A stretch of 64,000 bases of DNA from an uncultured Candidatus Actinomarina sp. Its GTDB lineage: Bacteria; Actinomycetota; Acidimicrobiia; Actinomarinales; Actinomarinaceae. Location of the stretch: positions 34,154-98,153 of the forward strand of contig CACASI010000004.1 in the NCBI GenBank assembly GCA_902535055.1, in the 5' to 3' direction. Shown in pieces: positions 57,278-64,000 of this stretch. Positions within the stretch are counted from its first letter, which is position 1. Each line of letters opens with the position of its first letter. The translations under genes and the position numbers were made by a program. Under the pieces are notes generated by a model. That model was not told the DNA's origin, ran no database searches, and saw only the letters and a program-made list of their open reading frames with translations.

Positions 57278-58577
57278 AAATATTTATATTTTAGGAATTG
57301 GGGGTTCAGGAATGAGCTCTATTGGTAAATATTTAAAACAAAAAGGACTAAATGTAATTGGTTATGATCAGAGAAAATCATATATTACAAATTTACTTAA
57401 ACAAGACGGAATTGATGTTGAATTTTCTGAATTTAATATTCCATACGATAAAAATAATTTATATATATATTCAAGTGCAATACCTATAGATTCAGAAAAA
57501 TTTTCAAAATTTCATGATAAAGAAAATGTAATTTCACGTCCAGAATTTTTACAAAATTTATCAAATGAAAATAAAATAATTGGGATTACCGGTACGCATG
57601 GAAAAACATCAACGACTGCATTGCTTTCACATATTTTTCATTTCAATAATGTAAATGTCTCATACATTTTTGGAGGAGTTACAAATTTTAACGGCATTGG
57701 TGGGCATTATGGGGATTCAGATCAGCCAATTATTTTAGAGACTGATGAAGCATTTAATACATTTGAAAAAATTTTAATTTCAGATCTTTTGGTACTTAAT
57801 ATTGATAGTGATCATTTAGATTTTTTTGAAAACTTTAATAATTATAAAAATGCATTTCTTAAAGTTATGGATAATGTGAAAGATAATTTAGTCATTAATT
57901 ATGATGACTCAGTTTTGCAAGACCTTGAAGGCTTTAATAATTCAGTTAAATATGGTAATAATAAAGATTCTGATTTCTTAATTTTAACTCCAGACAAATT
58001 TCTATATGAAAACAAAGAATATATTATTAATTCACAAATATTAGGAGATCATTTTAGATCGAATATGGTTGGTGCGATTGTATTAGCAATGAAAAACGGA
58101 ATTAGTATCAAGGAATCTTTAGATGCAATTTTCTCTTTTCCGGGAGTTAAAAGAAGAACTGAGCTTATAGGAATTGCAAAAGGAATTTCCATATATGATG
58201 ATTATGGGCACCATCCAACAGAGATGAATGCAACAATAAATTCATTAAAAAAGATTACTAAAAATAAATTGTATGTAGTTTTCCAACCTCACAGATATTC
58301 AAGGACAAAAGAATACTTCAATTTATTTAAAGATTCTCTTGTTCAATCAGATTTTGCAATTGTAACTGATATTTATCCTGCTGGTGAAGATCCTATTCCT
58401 GGAATTTCAAGTAAAAATTTTGAAGGTGAAAATATAAAATACTTACAATCAACAAGGTTTGTTCCAGAATATCTATCACAAGAAGTAAATAAAGGAGATG
58501 TAATTTTAACTTTAGGTGCTGGTGATATAACTTTACTTGGACCTAAAATATTAAAGTATATAAATGAAAATAAGTAG
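57267..58577 (+). CDS. murC: UDP-N-acetylmuramate--L-alanine ligase
   Basis: Motifs: GIGGSGMSSIG, GITGTHGKTSTT, DDYGHHPTE. Confidence 0.9.
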   Translation: MDYKNIYILGIGGSGMSSIGKYLKQKGLNVIGYDQRKSYITNLLKQDGIDVEFSEFNIPYDKNNLYIYSSAIPIDSEKFSKFHDKENVISRPEFLQNLSNENKIIGITGTHGKTSTTALLSHIFHFNNVNVSYIFGGVTNFNGIGGHYGDSDQPIILETDEAFNTFEKILISDLLVLNIDSDHLDFFENFNNYKNAFLKVMDNVKDNLVINYDDSVLQDLEGFNNSVKYGNNKDSDFLILTPDKFLYENKEYIINSQILGDHFRSNMVGAIVLAMKNGISIKESLDAIFSFPGVKRRTELIGIAKGISIYDDYGHHPTEMNATINSLKKITKNKLYVVFQPHRYSRTKEYFNLFKDSLVQSDFAIVTDIYPAGEDPIPGISSKNFEGENIKYLQSTRFVPEYLSQEVNKGDVILTLGAGDITLLGPKILKYINENK

Positions 58578-59424
58578 CGTAGATTTATCAAAGATAACAA
58601 CCTATAGGTTTGGCGGTGTTTGTAAAAGTTTTATTGAGTTGGTAGACAAAGACGATTTAAATAATCTAGATGAAATAGTACTTGGAAAAGAGAACGTAAT
58701 TATAGGAAAAGGTTCCAACGTAGCATTCTCTGATAAAGAATTCCAAGGGAATGTCATTTGTCCAAAATTTACAACAATCGAAGAAAAAAGTGAGACTGAA
58801 ATTACCGTTGGAGCATCTGTATTCTTGCCAGACCTATCAAGATACTTTAAAGAAAATGAATTTTCAAATGGTGAATTTTTGATAGGCATTCCAGGAACAG
58901 TAGGGGGTGCTGTGAAAATGAATGCTGGAGCTTATGATTGGGAATTTTCAGATCTTGTTCAATATATAGAATGTTTTGACTTAAATACATCAAACATAAT
59001 TAAATTAAATAAAGACGATATTAATTTTTCATATCGATCTTCTCAAAACCTTGATAATAAAATTATATTGAGTGCAACTCTTCAAATTGAAAAAGGAGAT
59101 ATACATAAAATAAAGAGTAATCTTTCAAATTTTAATGAAATAAGAAAAAACAGTCAGCCTCCAGCAATTTATAATGCTGGAAGCGTGTTTAAAAATACTA
59201 AAGACTATACAGCTGGGAAGTTGATTGATGAGGCTGGCCTTAAAGGTTATGAAATAGATGGTGTGAGTGTTAGTGAGAAGCATGCAAATTTCTTTATTGC
59301 AAAAAAAGAGGCAAAATCACTGGCACTATATAAACTTGTACAGCATGTAAAACAGGTAGTCGATAATAAATTTGGAGTTAAGTTAGAAGAAGAAATTATT
59401 TTCATTGGTGAATTTGATCTATGA
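58564..59424 (+). CDS. murB: UDP-N-acetylenolpyruvoylglucosamine reductase
   Basis: Motifs: TTYRFGG, GKGSN, FSYRSS, NAGSVFKN, VSEKHANF. Confidence 0.85.
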   Translation: MKISSVDLSKITTYRFGGVCKSFIELVDKDDLNNLDEIVLGKENVIIGKGSNVAFSDKEFQGNVICPKFTTIEEKSETEITVGASVFLPDLSRYFKENEFSNGEFLIGIPGTVGGAVKMNAGAYDWEFSDLVQYIECFDLNTSNIIKLNKDDINFSYRSSQNLDNKIILSATLQIEKGDIHKIKSNLSNFNEIRKNSQPPAIYNAGSVFKNTKDYTAGKLIDEAGLKGYEIDGVSVSEKHANFFIAKKEAKSLALYKLVQHVKQVVDNKFGVKLEEEIIFIGEFDL

Positions 59425-60119
59425 GCCTCTTAAGTGGAGTTGAGAGTAAATCCTTTAGAACTTTTACTTTTTTTACTTTTGCTGTATTAATAATTCTTGC
59501 TCTTTTAGTTTCAATTTTTTCTAATAAGTACAGAGTTTCAAACATTAATTATGATTATGAACTAAACCTAAATTATGAAGGGCTAAAAGGAATCGAAAAA
59601 CTATCAATTTGGCTAGTTAGTGATGGTAATTTTGAAAAATTTTATCTAGATAATCCAAATGTCGAAAGTCTGGAAATTTCAAAGCAATTGCCAAATGTTG
59701 TCAACATAAATATCAACTTGTACCAAAAAATTATCGTTTACACTGATTTTAGAGATACCAGTCCTGTACAAAGAGTGCTGTATAAAAATTTATACACTAC
59801 TGATGCGACTTCTGAAGAAGACCTGGCGCATTTAGTAATTACAAATGGGCCAATAGTTGATGGTTTTTATAGCGAAATTGTTTCATTTATCTTAACGGTA
59901 GAAAAATACGAAGTTGACCTTAGTGAAGTCTCTATGACTTTTGATGGAGATGTTCTCGAAATAAATTACTTAGATACGATCATTGATGCAGGGAAAGCTG
60001 TGGATCTCTCAAGAAAAGGAACCGTAGTTGGTTACATCCTTGAAAAGGGGGACTGTAAGGGGAGCGTAACGATCCTTAAAAGTACCGGTGAAGACATTGA
60101 AACATTGTTTGAATGTTAA
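59421..60119 (+). CDS. ftsQ: FtsQ-like cell division protein
   Basis: 232 aa with one N-terminal TM helix and a periplasmic domain. It sits immediately upstream of ftsZ. The call rests mainly on position and topology. Confidence 0.6.
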   Translation: MSLLSGVESKSFRTFTFFTFAVLIILALLVSIFSNKYRVSNINYDYELNLNYEGLKGIEKLSIWLVSDGNFEKFYLDNPNVESLEISKQLPNVVNININLYQKIIVYTDFRDTSPVQRVLYKNLYTTDATSEEDLAHLVITNGPIVDGFYSEIVSFILTVEKYEVDLSEVSMTFDGDVLEINYLDTIIDAGKAVDLSRKGTVVGYILEKGDCKGSVTILKSTGEDIETLFEC

Positions 60120-60207
60120 TCTAAACCTAAAGTATAGATCTAGATAAAATTAAAAAAACTTTTTGTATATATCCATACATTTGATAATCTCCTTATAAGG
60201 AAAAATT

Positions 60208-61353
60208 ATGGCAAATAAAAAACAAACTAAATCAAAACCTAAAGCTAAGGCTACTAAGCCCAAGGCAAGAAAAACAGCGTCTAAGTCAAAGAAAGCAGTT
60301 TCAAGAACAAATAACAAACAAAGAGGAGTCAATTTAAATATGAGACCAAGAAATTATGCAGCAGTTATAAAAGTTATTGGTGTTGGTGGCGGTGGAACTA
60401 ATGCCGTAAATAGAATGATAAAAATGGGTATCAAAGGTGTTGACTTCGTAGCATGTAACACCGATGCGCAAAGTTTACTTGGTTCAAAAGCTGACCTTAA
60501 ATTAGATCTTGGAAGGAAATCAACTAGAGGTTTAGGAGCTGGTGCTAATCCAGAAGTAGGAAGACAAGCCGCAGTCGATTCTGAGGAATTAATCAATGAG
60601 GCTCTCAAAGGTGCTGATATGGTCTTTATTGCTGCAGGTGAAGGTGGAGGTACAGGAACTGGTGCTTCACCTATACTTGCAAATATTGCCCATGAAATGG
60701 GTGCTTTAACTGTTGGAGTAGTCACAAGACCTTTTGGCTTTGAAGGTAGAAGAAGGTCGGTGCAGGCAGAAGAAGGTATTCAAGCTTTAAGAGATGTAGT
60801 TGACACACTTATTGTTATTCCGAATGATAGATTATTGCAGATAAGCGACAAGGATATAAAAATTAGTGAAGCTTACCTAAAATCTGATGAAATATTAGCA
60901 AACGGTGTTAGAGGCATTACAGGTTTAATTACAAATCCTGGAATAATAAACGTTGACTTTGCAGATGTTAAAACGATATTAAAAGATGCAGGTAATGCTG
61001 TTTTAGGAATTGGACGTTCAACTGGGGAACAAAGAGCTCCAAATGCTGCTCAAGCTGCAATATCATCTCCATTGTTAGAAGCTAATATGGATGGAGCTGA
61101 AGGTGTATTGATAACTATAGCTGGATCCGAGGACTTGAAACTGCAAGAAGTAAATGAAGCAGCAAGAGTTATTACAGAAAGAGCTGACGATAATGCTGAA
61201 ATTATATTCGGCCACTTAGTTGATGATTCTTTAGGTGATGCTGTTGAAGTTACTGTTGTTGCTGCTGGATTTGGACAAAGACCTAATAGAAGAGTATCTT
61301 CTGATTTTGATGAAAATGGAGGAGAAAGTCTTCCTGATTTCATCAGGGGATGA
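60208..61353 (+). CDS. ftsZ: Cell division GTPase FtsZ (with a 44-aa Lys-rich N-terminal extension if ATG 60208 is used)
   Basis: Motifs: [35 protein letters not shown]-terminal peptide [13 protein letters not shown] lies 6 nt upstream of ATG 60208. The alternative ATG 60340 is preceded by AGAGGAG at 11 nt. Confidence 0.95.
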   Translation: MANKKQTKSKPKAKATKPKARKTASKSKKAVSRTNNKQRGVNLNMRPRNYAAVIKVIGVGGGGTNAVNRMIKMGIKGVDFVACNTDAQSLLGSKADLKLDLGRKSTRGLGAGANPEVGRQAAVDSEELINEALKGADMVFIAAGEGGGTGTGASPILANIAHEMGALTVGVVTRPFGFEGRRRSVQAEEGIQALRDVVDTLIVIPNDRLLQISDKDIKISEAYLKSDEILANGVRGITGLITNPGIINVDFADVKTILKDAGNAVLGIGRSTGEQRAPNAAQAAISSPLLEANMDGAEGVLITIAGSEDLKLQEVNEAARVITERADDNAEIIFGHLVDDSLGDAVEVTVVAAGFGQRPNRRVSSDFDENGGESLPDFIRG

Positions 61354-61922
61354 TTAATTCAAATTTAATCAAAAACGTAGAATTTTTAAATAAATACAAT
61401 TCAAAACAAAATTTGAAACTTGGTTCATTTGCAGACATGAATCAAACTCACAGCGATATAGTTTTAGAAATTGATAAAAAAGGCACATACGAAGCAGATG
61501 CCTTAATAACTGAAATTAAAAATTTAAAACTTGTTGTCAAAACTGCTGATTGTATGCCAGTAGTCATATCCGATGGAAAGAAAGTGGGAGTTATACATAT
61601 TGGTTGGAAAGGGGTCGAAAACAAAATTTTTTTTAAGACAATTAAAAAATTTAATCTCAGTAATTTAAAAGTTTCTATTGGACCACACGCACAAAAATGT
61701 TGTTATGAAATTAAAGATGACTTATTTAAGAAATTTCCGAAGTCGACTATTCAGAGACAAAGTAAAAAATATCTTGATTTAAGTAAAGAAATTGAAAGAT
61801 TTTGTATTGAAAAAAATATAGACTTTGAAAATTCCTCAATATGTACGATAGATAGTGATTCTTTTAATTCATATCGCCGTGATAACACTGACTTAAGACA
61901 ATGGAGTATCGTTTGGATTTAA
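61350..61922 (+). CDS. pgeF: YfiH/PgeF family (laccase-domain, peptidoglycan editing factor-like) protein, short form
   Basis: Motifs: [34 protein letters not shown]. It holds the conserved position after ftsZ. Confidence 0.75.
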   Translation: MINSNLIKNVEFLNKYNSKQNLKLGSFADMNQTHSDIVLEIDKKGTYEADALITEIKNLKLVVKTADCMPVVISDGKKVGVIHIGWKGVENKIFFKTIKKFNLSNLKVSIGPHAQKCCYEIKDDLFKKFPKSTIQRQSKKYLDLSKEIERFCIEKNIDFENSSICTIDSDSFNSYRRDNTDLRQWSIVWI

Positions 61923-62527
61923 ATAATTTATATAAAATTTTGGAATTAGTGAGTCATTATAACTGTAAACTTCTTCCTGTCATTAAAGGTAGGGATGAAA
62001 AAGATATACTGCAACTTTACAATGAAGGATTTAGAGAATTTGGTGAAAATAGATTAAATGAATTATCAGATCATGCAAGGTTTTTATCAGAAGCAAGGTT
62101 TCATTTTATAGCCCCTCTTCAATCAAGAAAAATACGTGAAATAATGAATAGCTGTGACTTTATTCATACACTGCAAAGACCAAAAGAAATTTTAGCTATA
62201 AATGAATGCTACGAAAATCAAGATATTTTTGTCCAAATTAATATAGATGATGACCCCAACAAAAGCGGCATTAAAATTAACGAGGTAGATGAATTTTTTG
62301 ATAATTTTGAGGGATTAAAATATTTTCCAGTTGGAATTATGTGTATACCAAGTTTTGATGCTGATCCTGAAAGCTCATTCAATATGATGTCAAAAATTAA
62401 TGAGAAGCTAAAGAAAGATTTTAAAAATTATAAAGGAGAATTATCTATGGGTATGTCTGGCGACTATAAAATAGCCTTAGATTATGGTGCTACAATAATA
62501 CGGATAGGTAGTAAAATTTTTAATTAA
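61901..62527 (+). CDS. yggS: YggS-family pyridoxal phosphate homeostasis protein
   Basis: Motifs: LLPVIKG (PLP-Lys region), FGENR, HFIAPLQSRK, LSMGMSGDY, IRIGSKIF. Confidence 0.8.
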   Translation: MEYRLDLNNLYKILELVSHYNCKLLPVIKGRDEKDILQLYNEGFREFGENRLNELSDHARFLSEARFHFIAPLQSRKIREIMNSCDFIHTLQRPKEILAINECYENQDIFVQINIDDDPNKSGIKINEVDEFFDNFEGLKYFPVGIMCIPSFDADPESSFNMMSKINEKLKKDFKNYKGELSMGMSGDYKIALDYGATIIRIGSKIFN

Positions 62528-62964
62528 TGTTAGAAAAATTCTTAATTTCAATAGGCTTAAAACAGCCAGAATATGTTGAAGATCTGGTTCCAGAAAATAC
62601 ACGCACTGTGCGTCCTTCATCTGAAAATAGATTTGAAAATGAAGATTACTCGGGTGATTTAAAAATTCACCAACCAAAAGATGAAGTTGAAATTAAAGTT
62701 TTAAGGTCTTTTAATGACAGTCATCTAATTGGGCCACCCATAAAAGAAGGATATATTGTTGCTGTAGATATAAGAGATATTAGCGATCAAGGCATCAGAC
62801 AAAGAATTGTTGATTTTATTACAGGCATTGCTTTTATCAGCGACTCAAAAATGAGAATTATTCATAAGGATGGCGTCTATTTAGTTATGCCCTCAAATAT
62901 GTCACTTCCATCAACTGAACGAGAGAGATTGCAAACTCTTGGTCTCTATAAAATTAATGTGTAG
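62527..62964 (+). CDS. sepF: Cell division protein SepF
   Basis: It has an N-terminal amphipathic MLEKFLISIGLK. The C-terminal core runs IKVLRSFNDSHLIGPPIKEGYIVAVDI..RQRIVDFITGIAFISDSKMRIIHKDGVYLVMP. Confidence 0.8.
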   Translation: MLEKFLISIGLKQPEYVEDLVPENTRTVRPSSENRFENEDYSGDLKIHQPKDEVEIKVLRSFNDSHLIGPPIKEGYIVAVDIRDISDQGIRQRIVDFITGIAFISDSKMRIIHKDGVYLVMPSNMSLPSTERERLQTLGLYKINV

Positions 62965-63223
62965 TTTATTTTTACTTGGATTTAGGCTTTTAAGCTATTC
63001 CTTGTTTTTATGGATCATATTAAGTTGGATACAAGTTTCAGATGATCATCCAATTGGACAATTAAAAATGATTTTAGATCGTTTTTATGGAAGGTTGTTA
63101 GAACCAATCAGAAGTAGAATAGGCCCGCTTAGAATCGGCATGGCAGGTATTGACTTATCACCAATTGTTCTTATATTGGGAATTAACTTTCTTCAGCCAA
63201 TCATTCTTAGATTTGTTTGTTAG
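62957..63223 (+). CDS. yggT: YggT-family small membrane protein
   Basis: 88 aa from ATG 62957 (the ORF track uses TTG 62939). It has hydrophobic helices with LSWI.. and IDLSPIVLILG patterns. It lies after sepF. Confidence 0.7.
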   Translation: MCSLFLLGFRLLSYSLFLWIILSWIQVSDDHPIGQLKMILDRFYGRLLEPIRSRIGPLRIGMAGIDLSPIVLILGINFLQPIILRFVC

Positions 63224-64000
63224 ATCTTTTCAATAATTGTGTCTAATTTAAAATCAAGAAGAACGTTTGATGCTTTTTTCTCAACTAAGTTAATCTCAGT
63301 TGCAAGAGTTTCTTTTGCTATATAATCATTAAAAAGTTTAAAACTTGCTTTCGCTTTTTCGTCATCTGTTAAAATCTTAAGTTTTATTCGATCAGTTATG
63401 TCAAACTTTAAATCTTTTCTTTGATTTTGGACAATCGAGACAATCTCTCTTGATATTCTCTCGTAAAATAACTCATCTGATATTTGAATATCAAGATTAA
63501 TGCTAAATTCTTCAATAATTTCATGGCTTTCTCTTTCCTCGAGCTTTACAAGTCTCATGTCTAAATCATTTAAAGAAATTTTATTTTTTTTATAAGACAA
63601 ACCATTGTTTTCTATTATTTCTTTAATTTCATTTTGTTTAAGTTCATTTAAAAAACTAGATAAGTTTGTAATTTCACCACCTAATTTTGGTCCTAACTTT
63701 GAAAAATCTGGTTTACATTCATATTTATACCAATCATCAACTTCATTAAGATAGTCTATGTTTTTTAAGTTAAGTTCATCCAATATTATTTCTTTTACAC
63801 TTTCAATATCATTTACTAATTGAGGATTGTTCGATATTATTGAGATTTTTTCTAATGGTTGTTTATTTGGAAGATTCAAATTTAATCTTATATTTCTTCC
63901 TGTCTTGATAATTTTTTTAGCAATAACTATCTGTTCTTCCAGTTTCTTATTTATTATTTGATCATTTGCTTCAGGGTAGTTTTCGAGATGAATGCTAGAA
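63220..64000 (-). CDS. ileS: Isoleucine--tRNA ligase, C-terminal part (5' end outside window)
   Basis: The minus-strand frame stays open beyond the listed TTG (63879) to the window edge: ..SSIHLENYPEANDQIINKKLEEQIVIAKKIIKTGRNIRINLNLPNKQPLEKISI.. This is the VHL..P / R....K.RQPL pattern of the IleS anticodon-binding/C-terminal region. Confidence 0.8.
   Translation of the reverse strand, partial: SSIHLENYPEANDQIINKKLEEQIVIAKKIIKTGRNIRLNLNLPNKQPLEKISIISNNPQLVNDIESVKEIILDELNLKNIDYLNEVDDWYKYECKPDFSKLGPKLGGEITNLSSFLNELKQNEIKEIIENNGLSYKKNKISLNDLDMRLVKLEERESHEIIEEFSINLDIQISDELFYERISREIVSIVQNQRKDLKFDITDRIKLKILTDDEKAKASFKLFNDYIAKETLATEINLVEKKASNVLLDFKLDTIIEKI

Noticed and set aside
60120-60207. The palindrome TAGATCTA and possible -35/-10 boxes (TTGTAT .. 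GATAAT) in the ftsQ-ftsZ spacer.
   Set aside because: An 8-nt AT-rich palindrome is expected by chance in this composition. The hexamer spacing is about 14 nt, which is poor. There is not enough evidence to call a site.
60150-60332. A 60-aa minus-strand ORF spanning the ftsQ-ftsZ spacer and the ftsZ 5' end.
   Set aside because: It is antisense to the Lys-rich ftsZ extension, so poly-A/T-derived Phe/Leu codons explain it. It has no start context and is more likely an artefact of composition.
60354-61343. Minus-strand ORFs of 123 and 97 aa antisense to ftsZ.
   Set aside because: They are shadow ORFs of a Gly/Ala-rich, GC-richer gene. The translations are Pro/Ala/Ser-rich low complexity.
1-64000. 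A search for CRISPR arrays, tandem repeats, IS or transposase/integrase genes, prophage or toxin-antitoxin/defence modules, and tRNA or rRNA genes.
   Set aside because: No spaced direct-repeat arrays were seen, and there are no recognisable recombinase, transposase or defence-type proteins. All non-coding gaps except 25640-26058 (rnpB) are too short (under 130 nt) and lack tRNA-like sequence. Long-range repeat detection by eye is limited, so a dot-plot should confirm this.

Overview
This is an AT-rich window (roughly one-third G+C by eye, not computed) that is extremely gene-dense. It holds about 70 protein genes. All three stop codons are used, and most gene junctions overlap or are only a few nt apart. 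No rRNA, tRNA, CRISPR array, transposase or integrase was recognised. Gene order suggests a streamlined, low-GC actinobacterial-type organism, but this is inference only. The supporting arrangements are DUF3040 - MerR - HNH - mraZ ... ftsZ-pgeF-yggS-sepF-yggT with a convergent ileS, a Nif3 / zinc-ribbon / RNase H triad, and an F420-type LLM oxidoreductase. Content from left to right: (1) 1-15.3 kb is a cell-surface glycan cluster. It holds SDR, cupin and reductase genes, two UDP-GlcNAc 2-epimerase paralogues, glycosyltransferases, a priming sugar-phosphate transferase, an AsnB-like amidotransferase, Wzx/Wzy-like membrane proteins, a heparinase II/III-like protein and a nucleotide-sugar dehydrogenase. 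(2) ppc, a secreted M15/LAS peptidase and an MMPL/RND-type transporter. (3) Nif3, a zinc-ribbon protein, RNase HI, TauE and an LLM oxidoreductase. (4) An RNase P RNA gene that the ORF track cannot show, lying directly behind a complete System I cytochrome c maturation operon (ccmABCEFH, a TPR protein, ccmG). (5) An exonuclease, a TrmH methyltransferase and a nitroreductase. (6) An ilvBNC-leuA-leuB operon preceded by a Leu/Val/Ile-rich leader peptide and a terminator hairpin, followed by queG, ilvD and assorted metabolic genes. (7) A full dcw cell-wall/division cluster from mraZ to ftsZ plus pgeF-yggS-sepF-yggT, with phased MraZ-box repeats over its promoter. I did not find a convincing, wholly novel multi-gene system. 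The observations most worth follow-up are the ilv attenuator, the structured element between mraZ and rsmH, the polybasic N-terminal extension of FtsZ, System I ccm in this lineage, the dcw cluster without murF or divIVA, and the glycan island. All protein calls rest on motif recognition by eye. No database search was possible.
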